37,063 bases of DNA from an uncultured Gemmatimonadaceae bacterium (GTDB lineage Bacteria > Gemmatimonadota > Gemmatimonadetes > Longimicrobiales > RSA9). Shown piece after piece: positions 1 to 7,954 of the stretch. Within the stretch, counting starts at the first letter, position 1; the number at the start of each line of letters is the position of its first letter. Below the pieces are notes generated by a model, which had not been told where the DNA came from, searched no databases, and saw only the letters and a program-made list of their open reading frames with translations. A program made the translations under genes and the position numbers. The stretch covers positions 1 to 37,063 of the forward strand of contig CAYXJH010000001.1 of assembly GCA_964465415.1 (NCBI GenBank). Direction: 5' to 3'.

Positions 1-266
1 CGCACCAGGGTCCGGACGAGCGGCACCGGCCCGTCCCGATCCAGCGCGGCATGGAGCAGAGCGCCGCCGCCCGGGGCCGGACCGTGCGGCGCGTCGGCAC
101 GGAGCTGGTGAGGCGCTTCCGGCGTCTCCGGCAAGCGGCTGTGGTGGAGGAGAAGGAGCCGAAGCAGCGGGTCCACCCGACCGTGGTCCTGAGCGGCCGC
201 GGGTGCCGCAAGTATGCCGACCACCGCCAGCGCCGGAGCCCAAGCTCGCCACCGAGCAAGTCGCAT
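1..266 (-). CDS. Exported protein, N-terminal part only (runs off the left edge); family undetermined
   Basis: Not in the ORF track. Manual translation from ATG 266 (alternative 278) gives MRLARWRAWAPALAVVGILAAPAAAQDHGRVDPLLRLLL..., a Sec signal peptide with an AAA|Q cleavage site, open to the window edge. Confidence 0.7.
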   Translation of the reverse strand, partial: MRLARWRAWAPALAVVGILAAPAAAQDHGRVDPLLRLLLLHHSRLPETPEAPHQLRADAPHGPAPGGGALLHAALDRDGPVPLVRTLV

Positions 267-301
267 CAGGAAACACATGGGGGTTGGAAAGGAGCCGAGG
301 C

Positions 302-781
302 TCAGGTCTCCCAGGGATCGAAGCCGAACGTGTAGTAGTCACTGGGCCGTCCGGAGACCGCCTCCACCGCCTCATCAAGCGCTTCGAGCGTTTCCGCCTC
401 CTCATCCGCGCCTTCCGCCGCCGCCCGGATCGCACGCAGGATCTCGCGTACGTCGTCCGGACGCAGCAACACGTACGAACGCGGATCCTCCCCCTCCCCG
501 CGACGATGCACCACCAGCTCCACCAGGTCAGTCTCGGCAGAGATCTTCCACACGTCCGCCGTCTTCTTGAGCAGCTTGTCGGACGTCTTCACCTCGGAGT
601 GCACCGCCTTCACCAGTCGCTGGACGTCCCGGTCCGTCGTTTCGGTTCGTCGACGACCGTAACGACGGCCCAGCTCCCCGGGATCCCCGTCCTCGGCCCT
701 CGCCGCGGCGCGGTTCATGAGGCCACCCGCCTGGGCGTAGATCCCAAGGACCAGCGGGACTGGATCGATGGCGATGCGCAT
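302..781 (-). CDS. Hypothetical protein (159 aa), acidic C-terminus ending DYYTFGFDPWET
   Basis: ORF 302..886 trimmed to ATG 781, which has an AGGAGG Shine-Dalgarno upstream. Composition is protein-like; no family recognised. Confidence 0.75.
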   Translation of the reverse strand: MRIAIDPVPLVLGIYAQAGGLMNRAAARAEDGDPGELGRRYGRRRTETTDRDVQRLVKAVHSEVKTSDKLLKKTADVWKISAETDLVELVVHRRGEGEDPRSYVLLRPDDVREILRAIRAAAEGADEEAETLEALDEAVEAVSGRPSDYYTFGFDPWET

Positions 782-918
782 CCGGACAGCCTCCTGTTGG
801 GTTTCATTTCCCGTCGCCACTCGCCATGACGACGTTACCACTGCTCTGGCCCGGACACCAGTTTGCGGCCGGCAGCGCGGCGGCACAACCGTCGGCCGGG
901 GCCGAGCCGGGAACCCGC

Positions 919-1722
919 TCAGGCGACCGTGAAGGCGAGGGAGCCGCCCGGAACGGCGCGGACCGGGCGCTCACCGGCGACCTCGCGGACCAGTCGCGTC
1001 ACGCCGTTGACGCCGACCCGCCCGAAGTCGTGCCACGCGACCACGCCGCCGGGGCGCACACAGGCGAACGCGTTGCGGGTGTCGGAGGCCACGTAGTCGT
1101 ATGAATGGGCGCCATCGATGAAGAAGAAGTCCACGGTGCCGTGGTACGGGGAGAAATCGAATCGCGCGCTATCGCCACTGAGCGGGATGATCCGTGACGC
1201 TGCCCCGGTGCCCTCGAACACGCGGCGGCTGCGTCGGCTCGCCTGGATATGGGCGTCATCCATGAGGGTGGTGCGGAGCGCGGGCTGAATCGATGCTTCG
1301 GCGGCAGGCAGATCGAGTGTGTAGACGAGGGCGTCATCCGGAGCATTCAGGGCGAGGTGCAGAGCCGTATACCCGTTGAGGGTGCCGATCTCGAAGACCA
1401 CCCGTGGCTCGATGATCCGACAAATGAGGCACAGCGATACCAGGTCCGTGGCGTAGGACGGGATCGTCTGGAGCCAGGTCTCGCCATCGAGGTTGGCAAG
1501 GGTGATGTCGCGAACCGGACCGGCGCCCAGCACAGCGGCGACGTGGGAGTCCATCACGCCCGGTCTGCCCGTGATGGACCGGAGCAGGAACAGGCTCTCG
1601 CCGGCGTAGGTCAGGAGCTTCCGGGGGCTGCCGAGCAGGCGCAGGGCTGCCAGGTTCCCACCCAGTGCAAGGTTCCGGGCCGCGGCCCACACCACCTCCA
1701 GGGACTGTCGAATCGTGGTCAT
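919..1722 (-). CDS. Class I SAM-dependent methyltransferase (Methyltransf_24-like)
   Basis: Motif I VFEIGTLNG, LYTLD-type motif II (VYTLD), GDS, FFIDGAHSYDYV..D and RPGGVVAWHD are typical of this family. Confidence 0.85.
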   Translation of the reverse strand: MTTIRQSLEVVWAAARNLALGGNLAALRLLGSPRKLLTYAGESLFLLRSITGRPGVMDSHVAAVLGAGPVRDITLANLDGETWLQTIPSYATDLVSLCLICRIIEPRVVFEIGTLNGYTALHLALNAPDDALVYTLDLPAAEASIQPALRTTLMDDAHIQASRRSRRVFEGTGAASRIIPLSGDSARFDFSPYHGTVDFFFIDGAHSYDYVASDTRNAFACVRPGGVVAWHDFGRVGVNGVTRLVREVAGERPVRAVPGGSLAFTVA

Positions 1723-1877
1723 GGTGTGGGATAGCGAGCCCTGGCCGGAGGCGCAACCACGACGTTCTCAGCCCCGGAGGCCACCGGGTGGCGCGTCGCC
1801 GGGGCGTCCTGCATCTTCCCGCCAGCCACCGGAGCCCGGCTCCGCGCCGGACCACGCAGCACCAGAGGAGAGGGAGC

Positions 1878-2375
1878 ATGAACCGGACACCCACCGCCCT
1901 GGTCGGACTGGCGATCCTGGTCGCGGGCTGTACCGATCTGGGCCTGGAGGGAAACATTCCGGCGGAGCAGGGCCGGACCGCCCCACCACCCGAACTGGTC
2001 GCCCAGGTCATGGCTCCAGCGGATCACGACACGCGCCCGCTCGTCGTGGATGGGCGACTCTGGGTCCCCGCCGGGCTGCCAACCACGCGCGCCGCCGCTG
2101 AGCTTCGTCCGGTCGGGTCGACCGCCGGCCAGACCGTGTATGCCCGGGCGTGGGACGAGCGTCCGTTCGGCGCTATCTTCACGCGCGTCCAGGTCCCCGA
2201 TGCGGAGTCGGCCACCACGGCCCGGGCCGCGATGCAGGCGCGCCGTGAGCACTGGCAAGAATACGCGCCAGCTTCGGGACCGTCCGGTCGTTCGGCACCG
2301 ACGGGTCGGTTCCGAACGGAAGCGCCGGGTATAGAAGCGCCCCAGGCGGCAGACCCGCAGGCGCCCGATCAGTAA
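1878..2375 (+). CDS. Hypothetical lipoprotein (165 aa)
   Basis: A purine-rich RBS (AGAGGAGAGGGAG) precedes ATG 1878; lipobox signal MNRTPTALVGLAILVAG|C. Confidence 0.75.
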   Translation: MNRTPTALVGLAILVAGCTDLGLEGNIPAEQGRTAPPPELVAQVMAPADHDTRPLVVDGRLWVPAGLPTTRAAAELRPVGSTAGQTVYARAWDERPFGAIFTRVQVPDAESATTARAAMQARREHWQEYAPASGPSGRSAPTGRFRTEAPGIEAPQAADPQAPDQ

Positions 2376-2716
2376 GCGCGCCGCGAACCGGCTTCGCGGG
2401 CGATCGCCGCGGCCGTGATGCCACCGTGTGACACATCCCACGCGGCACCGCCGTCCCGCACGAGAATCACCTGGGGCGACTCGTGCCGGACGCCCAGTCG
2501 GGTGGCGATCTCGGCGGACAGGGACCGCCCGCCCACCACGTCCACGATGTAGACGGGTACGTCCGGGTACTCCTCCAGGAATCGCTGCACCTCCAGCGCG
2601 GCGCGACGGGAGGTCCCGCAATACGGGCTGTGCTTGTAGATCACCGCGAGTGACGCGCCGCACGCCGCGATCACGTCGTCCTCCACCCTGACCCTGACCG
2701 CCTCCGGCTCGCTCAT
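2369..2716 (-). CDS. ytxJ: YtxJ/BrxC-family monothiol bacilliredoxin (DUF2847, thioredoxin fold)
   Basis: KHSPYCGTS (family KHSxxCxxS) and GVRHESPQVIL motifs; ATGA overlap with the DUF72 gene. Confidence 0.85.
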   Translation of the reverse strand: MSEPEAVRVRVEDDVIAACGASLAVIYKHSPYCGTSRRAALEVQRFLEEYPDVPVYIVDVVGGRSLSAEIATRLGVRHESPQVILVRDGGAAWDVSHGGITAAAIAREAGSRRAY

Positions 2717-3516
2717 CCGAACAGCTCCGTCTGTGGCGAAAGCTCATCAGGCGTCACGGCCTCATGGCCGAGCAGCGACTGTAGCCGTCGGGCGCTGGCC
2801 GGGCTGTGACCCTGGTAGTCGTTGTTGAAGAACGCGTACACCACGTCCACATCGAGGGATCGGATCCGTTCCGCCCACGCCGCGATCTCCCCGTCCCGCG
2901 CCGTCGCCAGGTCCCGCAGGTCCGGCCGTCGCCTGGGCGTGCCGAGCCAGCGGAGATAGAGCATCCGACCCGGCGTCTCGGCGGCCACGTCGCGGGCGTC
3001 CGACTCGGCCAGCCAGGGACCGACGCTGACGGCGAGCGCCGTATTCGTCTCCGCGATCATCCGAAACGTCGCCGGAGTGAACCAGTCCCGGTCTCGAAAC
3101 TCGATTGCGAAGCGCAGGTCCGGTGGGAGCTGGGACAGGAACGCCGCCACGGTCCCTGCGTGAGTCGGGCCGAAGTCGGGTGGGAGCTGGACCAGGATGG
3201 GTCCCAGCTTGGAGCCGAGGCCTCGCGCGTCTTCGCAGAAACGCAGCGCGGGGCGCGGGTCGCGTAACCGGGCCTCGTGCGTAACCTCACCTGGCATCTT
3301 CAACGTGAACGTGAACCCGTGGGGTGTCCGCTCACGCCAGGAAGCAAAACGCTCCGGCGGTGGCGGGCCGTAGAACGTGGAGTCGACCTCCACCACGTCG
3401 AATGCCCGTGCATAGATCCTCAGCTGATCCTCGGATCGGCTCCCGGTCGGATAGAAGCGGCCTGCCCAGTCGCTGTAGCTCCAGCCCTGCGTCCCGATGT
3501 GGATCTCGGGTCTCAA
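2713..3516 (-). CDS. DUF72 (YecE-like) domain protein
   Basis: IGTQGWSYSDW.G.FYP, VEVDSTFY, F.F.LK, LVQLPP.F, AIEFR, YLRW.G and FFNNDYQGH motifs. Confidence 0.9.
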   Translation of the reverse strand: MRPEIHIGTQGWSYSDWAGRFYPTGSRSEDQLRIYARAFDVVEVDSTFYGPPPPERFASWRERTPHGFTFTLKMPGEVTHEARLRDPRPALRFCEDARGLGSKLGPILVQLPPDFGPTHAGTVAAFLSQLPPDLRFAIEFRDRDWFTPATFRMIAETNTALAVSVGPWLAESDARDVAAETPGRMLYLRWLGTPRRRPDLRDLATARDGEIAAWAERIRSLDVDVVYAFFNNDYQGHSPASARRLQSLLGHEAVTPDELSPQTELFG

Positions 3517-3540
3517 CGGCTCTCCCGTTTCGCGTTCACG

Positions 3541-3819
3541 TCAGAACAGCTTGCCCGAAAGCGAGGGCTCCTTGTCCACACGCGTCCCGATCTTCACGAA
3601 GGTGGCAAGACGCGTCGTGCCCTCGGCGTGAAGCGTCTCATGCACCCGCCGGACCGCCTCGAGGATGTCCGCCAGCTCCCCCTCCATGTTCGTGCCGTTG
3701 CTGTGCAGCTCCACGCGCACCCCGGAGCCCTCGAGAACGGCGTGCGCCCGCTTCACTTCCTTACGGACCGACGTGCCGACTCCGATCGGTATGACCTGGA
3801 CTTCCGCTATGGCTTTCAT
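3541..3819 (-). CDS. MTH1187/YkoF-family thiamine-binding protein
   Basis: 92 aa with AEVQVIPIG...SV, GTNMEGE and KIGTRVDK; GGGAGG RBS upstream. Confidence 0.85.
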   Translation of the reverse strand: MKAIAEVQVIPIGVGTSVRKEVKRAHAVLEGSGVRVELHSNGTNMEGELADILEAVRRVHETLHAEGTTRLATFVKIGTRVDKEPSLSGKLF

Positions 3820-3894
3820 GACACCTCCCGGATCGTTTGACGACGATGGGCCGCATCCATCTTATCGGGGCCGTCGATCGCCGGGCCAGCGGCG

Positions 3895-4410
3895 TCAGCC
3901 CTGGCGGTAGAAGCTGAGCGTCGCGTCGCCGAACCGGTGGCGCTCGGCGCTGCCCGGCAGCCGGTGCTCCGCGGCGTGCTCCACGGCCAGGACGGGTGCG
4001 AACGGCACATCGATCCAGCGAATGACGATGCGGTCGGTCTGACGGGACCCGTACGGCGGGTCCAGGAGCGCGACGTCATAGCTGGCGACGGGTAGCTCGA
4101 ACGCGAACCGCAGTGCATCGCGTTTGAAGATGCGGGATCGTTTGGTGGCCCGGAGTGCGGCAACGTTCGCCTTCAGCGAGTGCAGCGCGGCCGGGTCATT
4201 CTCAACGAAGTCCACGGACCGGGCACCACGGGAGAGGGCCTCGAGCCCGACCGCGCCGGTACCGGCATAGAGCTCCACCACGCGCGCCCTGGCCAGCTCG
4301 GCTTCGAGCAGGGTGATCCAGCGGTCGCGGAGGTCCTCGGCTGTTGGACGGATCCGCCCAGCCGGTGAAGTCAGGTCGCGGCCGGCCCACCGGCCACCCA
4401 TGATCCTCAC
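3895..4410 (-). CDS. rsmD: RsmD-family 16S rRNA m2G966-type methyltransferase
   Basis: MRIMGG..GR, RPT, ELYAGTGAVGLEALSRGA and DPPY motifs. The GTG start overlaps the upstream stop (GTGA). Could be a paralogue. Confidence 0.85.
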   Translation of the reverse strand: MRIMGGRWAGRDLTSPAGRIRPTAEDLRDRWITLLEAELARARVVELYAGTGAVGLEALSRGARSVDFVENDPAALHSLKANVAALRATKRSRIFKRDALRFAFELPVASYDVALLDPPYGSRQTDRIVIRWIDVPFAPVLAVEHAAEHRLPGSAERHRFGDATLSFYRQG

Positions 4411-4757
4411 GAGCCGCGGATGCGGGCGATATGGAGCGTGAGCGCGTCCGCCATGCGCTTGCGAACGTCGGGCTCGGTCTCACCCGTCGCCCCGCACCCC
4501 GACACGTCCGGGCTGTACGCCGAGTACCCGACACCCGTATCCTCGACGACGATGTCGGTCGAATCCACCGCCGTACCGGGCTCCGCCGGCGCCAGAATGC
4601 TCTTCAGCGAGTCGGGGCCGAGCGTGTCGGTATAGCGGAGACAGACCGTGATGACGCCCCGTCGCTTCCCGTGGACGTACTGACGGCAAGCGCCTGCGGT
4701 ATCACCCAGGTACCAACCCTCGTCCTTGAGCTGCTTGAGCAAGTGTCTGGCTTCCAT
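4407..4757 (-). CDS. HicA-like/HicB-like fusion protein (116 aa), catalytic His replaced by Cys
   Basis: aa 1-58 match the HicA dsRBD-like pattern (LKDEGWY...G[AC]RQYVH....G.ITV......L....LKSIL). aa ~68-116 match the HicB partial RNase H domain (IVVEDTGVGYSAYSPDVSGCGATGET..V...M.DAL.LHI). Confidence 0.8.
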   Translation of the reverse strand: MEARHLLKQLKDEGWYLGDTAGACRQYVHGKRRGVITVCLRYTDTLGPDSLKSILAPAEPGTAVDSTDIVVEDTGVGYSAYSPDVSGCGATGETEPDVRKRMADALTLHIARIRGS

Positions 4758-4772
4758 AACCGGCCGGTGGCC

Positions 4773-6350
4773 TCAGGGCGCGATGGAGTGGAAGGTGATG
4801 CTCTCCTCCCGATCCTCACTGTGCTGCAACGCCCAGCGACTGCCGAAGAGGATCAGTGGCCGGTCCCTCGCGTCGTACACCAGGAGCCGACCCTCCCCCC
4901 GGGCGACCCGTCGGATGTCGGGCTCGGGACCTTCCACCCACCGGGCGAACCGGTAGTCCAGCCGGTCGAGGATCCCGCGGGCGCCGTACTCATGCTCGAG
5001 GCGGTGCAGGAGGACGTCGAACTGCAGCAGTCCGACCGCACCCACGATCGGGGTGTGCCCGGCCTGCACATCCTCGTAGAAGACCTGCGCCGCTCCCTCC
5101 TCGCTCAATTGCCGGAGACCGGTGTCCAGCTGCTTGCGTCGCAGCGGGTCGGCCACCCGGATCCGGGCGAAATGCTCCGGGCTGAAACGCGGGATGCCGC
5201 CGAACCGGATGTCGCCGTCCCCCGACAGGGTGTCGCCGATGCGCAGGGCGCCCCGATCGTGGATCCCGATCACGTCGCCCGGCCATGCTTCTTCCACGGC
5301 CGAGCGATCCTGCGCCATGAACTGTTGCGGCTGGGCGAGCCGGATGATCGCCCCGCTGCGGGTATTGCGCACTTCGAGACCCGGCTCGAACCGGCCGCTG
5401 CAGATCCGAAGGAACGCGATCCGGTCCCGGTGCCGTGGATCCATATTCGCCTGGATCTTGAAGACGAAGCCAGTGAACGCAGGGTACGACGGTCCGACCT
5501 CCGCGCCGTCCTCCGCCTGCCGGCCCGTAGGCGAGGGAGCGAACTCCAGGAAGTGCCGAAGCAGCGGCTCCACCCCGAAATTGGTCAGGGCGCTTCCGAA
5601 GAACGTGGGTGACAGCTCACCGCTCGCGACGGCGCCGGCGTCGAACCCGGATCCAGCCATGTCGAGCAGCTCGAGGTCCTCACCGAGACGATCCACAATG
5701 TCGGCGCCGAGCCGCTCCACGACCTCAGGATCCGCCAGGCCGCCCTCGAACACGTTCGCCCGTCGGGCCCCATGGTCGCCACCACGCTCGAACAGCCGCA
5801 CCGCCCCGGCGCGCCGGTCGTACACGCCCAGGAACTCGTTTCCACGGTGGATCGGCCACGTCACCGGGTAGCACCGGATGCCGAGCTCGGTCTCCACATC
5901 GTCGATCAGCTGGAGCGGGTTCTCGCCCGCCCGGTCACACTTGTTCACGAAGGTGAAGATCGGGATCCGCCGCAGCTTGCACACTTCGAACAGCTTCCGC
6001 GTCTGCTCCTCCACCCCCTTGCGGTTGTCCAGGAGCATGATCGCGCTGTCCGCCGCGACCAGCGTACGGTAGGTGTCTTCCGAGAAGTCCTGGTGGCCCG
6101 GCGTATCCAGCAGGTTGATCCGGTACCCCTCGTAGTCGAACTGCAACACGCTCGACGTCACAGAAATGCCCCGCTCCTTCTCCAGCTCCATCCAGTCGGA
6201 CGTCGCGTGACGCTCGGCACGCCGCGCCTTGACGGACCCCGCCAGGTGGATCGCCCCACCGTACAGCAGGAGCTTCTCCGTCAACGTGGTCTTGCCCGCA
6301 TCGGGGTGACTGATGATGGCGAATGTGCGCCGTCGTTCGATCTCCGTCAT
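4773..6350 (-). CDS. prfC: Peptide chain release factor 3 (525 aa)
   Basis: RRRTFAIISHPDAGKTTLTEKLLL, SDWMELEKERGISVTSS, DTPGHQDFSEDTYRTL, NKCD, GSALTNFGV and FKIQANMDPRHRDR. True start is ATG 6350. Confidence 0.97.
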   Translation of the reverse strand: MTEIERRRTFAIISHPDAGKTTLTEKLLLYGGAIHLAGSVKARRAERHATSDWMELEKERGISVTSSVLQFDYEGYRINLLDTPGHQDFSEDTYRTLVAADSAIMLLDNRKGVEEQTRKLFEVCKLRRIPIFTFVNKCDRAGENPLQLIDDVETELGIRCYPVTWPIHRGNEFLGVYDRRAGAVRLFERGGDHGARRANVFEGGLADPEVVERLGADIVDRLGEDLELLDMAGSGFDAGAVASGELSPTFFGSALTNFGVEPLLRHFLEFAPSPTGRQAEDGAEVGPSYPAFTGFVFKIQANMDPRHRDRIAFLRICSGRFEPGLEVRNTRSGAIIRLAQPQQFMAQDRSAVEEAWPGDVIGIHDRGALRIGDTLSGDGDIRFGGIPRFSPEHFARIRVADPLRRKQLDTGLRQLSEEGAAQVFYEDVQAGHTPIVGAVGLLQFDVLLHRLEHEYGARGILDRLDYRFARWVEGPEPDIRRVARGEGRLLVYDARDRPLILFGSRWALQHSEDREESITFHSIAP

Positions 6351-7078
6351 CGTCGTGGAACCTGAAGCCGGACCGGCACCGTGGCGGGAACGCCCATCCC
6401 ATCGTGTAGCTTGGGCTCGTAGCGACCGGCCCGGGCCACCTCGATCGCGTACTGGTCCCAGTACCGGCTCCCCGAGCCGCCCGTCAGGCGTACCCCCGTT
6501 ACCCGCCCGGACTCGTCCAGGGACACGGCCAGGTCGATCGGTCGGCCCCTGGCCTGTCGTGCTTCCACCAGGTCCTGTGACGTCGCGAGCGGTGGCAGCA
6601 CGCGACCGGTCCTGCCCCGTTGTTCCGCTTCGCAGATGACACCCGGCAGAACCGACGCCACCCGACCCTCGATCACTCTCAACCGTACGCCCCAGTCCGC
6701 CGGCCCATCGGCCAGCAGCCCGGTCTCCACCATCCGTGCGAGCTCGTAGGCGCGTTCGCTCGGCACGCTGCTTCGGAGGATCCGGACCCACGACAGCCGA
6801 CCGTCGTTGCCGTACCGCACCGAAAGCTCGACCGAGTCCGCCGGCGTCGCGTCCGTGGCCCACAGGAGCATGGCTCCGCGGGTGCCCGGTCGCGTCAGCG
6901 CATCCAGGGATTGGGGTACCTGCGGCTCACCGACATAGACACACCGCCGATTGCCCAGCCCGTCCAACGCCTGGCGAGGTGGCTCCAACTCGGCGTAACG
7001 CCGCTCACCGCCGGACCTGCACCCCGCGAGCACCAGCGGCAGCAGCAGCACCACCGCCACCGCGTATCGAACGATCAC
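6347..7078 (-). CDS. Lipoprotein with TonB C-terminal-like domain(s)
   Basis: Lipobox LVLAG|C. The C-terminal IDLAVSLDESGRVTGVRLTGGSG..YWDQYAIEVAR..RYEP...DG..V is TonB_C-like. The stop overlaps the prfC ATG. Confidence 0.75.
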   Translation of the reverse strand: MIVRYAVAVVLLLPLVLAGCRSGGERRYAELEPPRQALDGLGNRRCVYVGEPQVPQSLDALTRPGTRGAMLLWATDATPADSVELSVRYGNDGRLSWVRILRSSVPSERAYELARMVETGLLADGPADWGVRLRVIEGRVASVLPGVICEAEQRGRTGRVLPPLATSQDLVEARQARGRPIDLAVSLDESGRVTGVRLTGGSGSRYWDQYAIEVARAGRYEPKLHDGMGVPATVPVRLQVPRR

Positions 7079-7198
7079 TGCCCGTTTTCTCCCTCCGGAT
7101 CAACCGATCCCCAGCTGAACGCCGCCTTCTACACCGAATGGCCGCCGATGAGCCACCCTGCGTGCCGATACATCGGCCGGCGGATGCGGGCGGTCGCT

Positions 7199-7954
7199 TC
7201 AGGCGGAATCCAGGTCGGAACCACGCCCGACGAGGCTGAGCATCCTGCGGGTCTCGATCGAGGCCAGCGCGGTCATGAACGGCACGAACACGAGGTAGGT
7301 GGCAGCCTGGACCAGGCGAGGGAAACCCGCGTCTCCGGCGTACCCGGCCGCGGCCACGAGCAGGACGGCCCAGAGCAAATTTAGACCGAGCACCAGGCCG
7401 GTGCGCCGGCGGGACCCGGCCACGCCATGGAGCCGGCGCGCGTCCCCGTACCGGGGACCGCGCCACGCACGGCTTCCCGCTCGGCGGTAGTGCAGGTGAT
7501 CCGGCACCAGGTAGGCAATGACGGCTGCCGGCCAGTGCCACCAGAGCACGGGCAGGCTAGCGAGCACCGCGAGCGGCATGGACAGGATGCGATCGTCCGA
7601 GAGGCCCACCAGCTCAGCGATCATGGCGCCCACCGTCCCGCCGATCGCGGCCGCGAACGCGGTCAGCACGAGTAGAACCAGCACATTGGTCAGGTGCGTG
7701 AACGCCCGGTCCACTGCCAGGGCGGCCACCGACCAGCCCTCGTGCATGCCGAGTCCCCTGGCAGCGGCAGCGACGAGGAAGGGGCTCGCGCCGGCCACGA
7801 GCAGGATCTGTTGCCCGGCCGGTCCGGGAATCGTCGCCGCGACGGCCCACGTCACCAACAACCAGGGCAGCATCGCCCGATAGACCGCCACGAGCTCGCG
7901 ACCTCGCACGGTCCCATCGAAGCCGTTCTGCGCGGGCGCCGACCTTCCTCTCAT
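7199..7954 (-). CDS. Hypothetical integral membrane protein (251 aa)
   Basis: About 6 hydrophobic segments in the distal part of ORF 7199..8563. ATG 7954 overlaps the upstream TGA (ATGA). Confidence 0.7.
   Translation of the reverse strand: MRGRSAPAQNGFDGTVRGRELVAVYRAMLPWLLVTWAVAATIPGPAGQQILLVAGASPFLVAAAARGLGMHEGWSVAALAVDRAFTHLTNVLVLLVLTAFAAAIGGTVGAMIAELVGLSDDRILSMPLAVLASLPVLWWHWPAAVIAYLVPDHLHYRRAGSRAWRGPRYGDARRLHGVAGSRRRTGLVLGLNLLWAVLLVAAAGYAGDAGFPRLVQAATYLVFVPFMTALASIETRRMLSLVGRGSDLDSA

Noticed and set aside
3820-3894. TPP riboswitch upstream of the thiamine-binding-family gene
   Set aside because: The gap is only 75 nt and has no CUGAGA motif.
4407-4757. Active classical hicAB locus or mobile island
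   Set aside because: It is a single ORF with no catalytic His, no DNA-binding domain, no intergenic promoter space and no flanking mobility genes.
6351-6863. 171-aa N-terminal extension of RF3 in the ORF track
   Set aside because: It is low-complexity G/R-rich sequence overlapping the TonB-like gene in another frame; RF3 similarity starts at ATG 6350.
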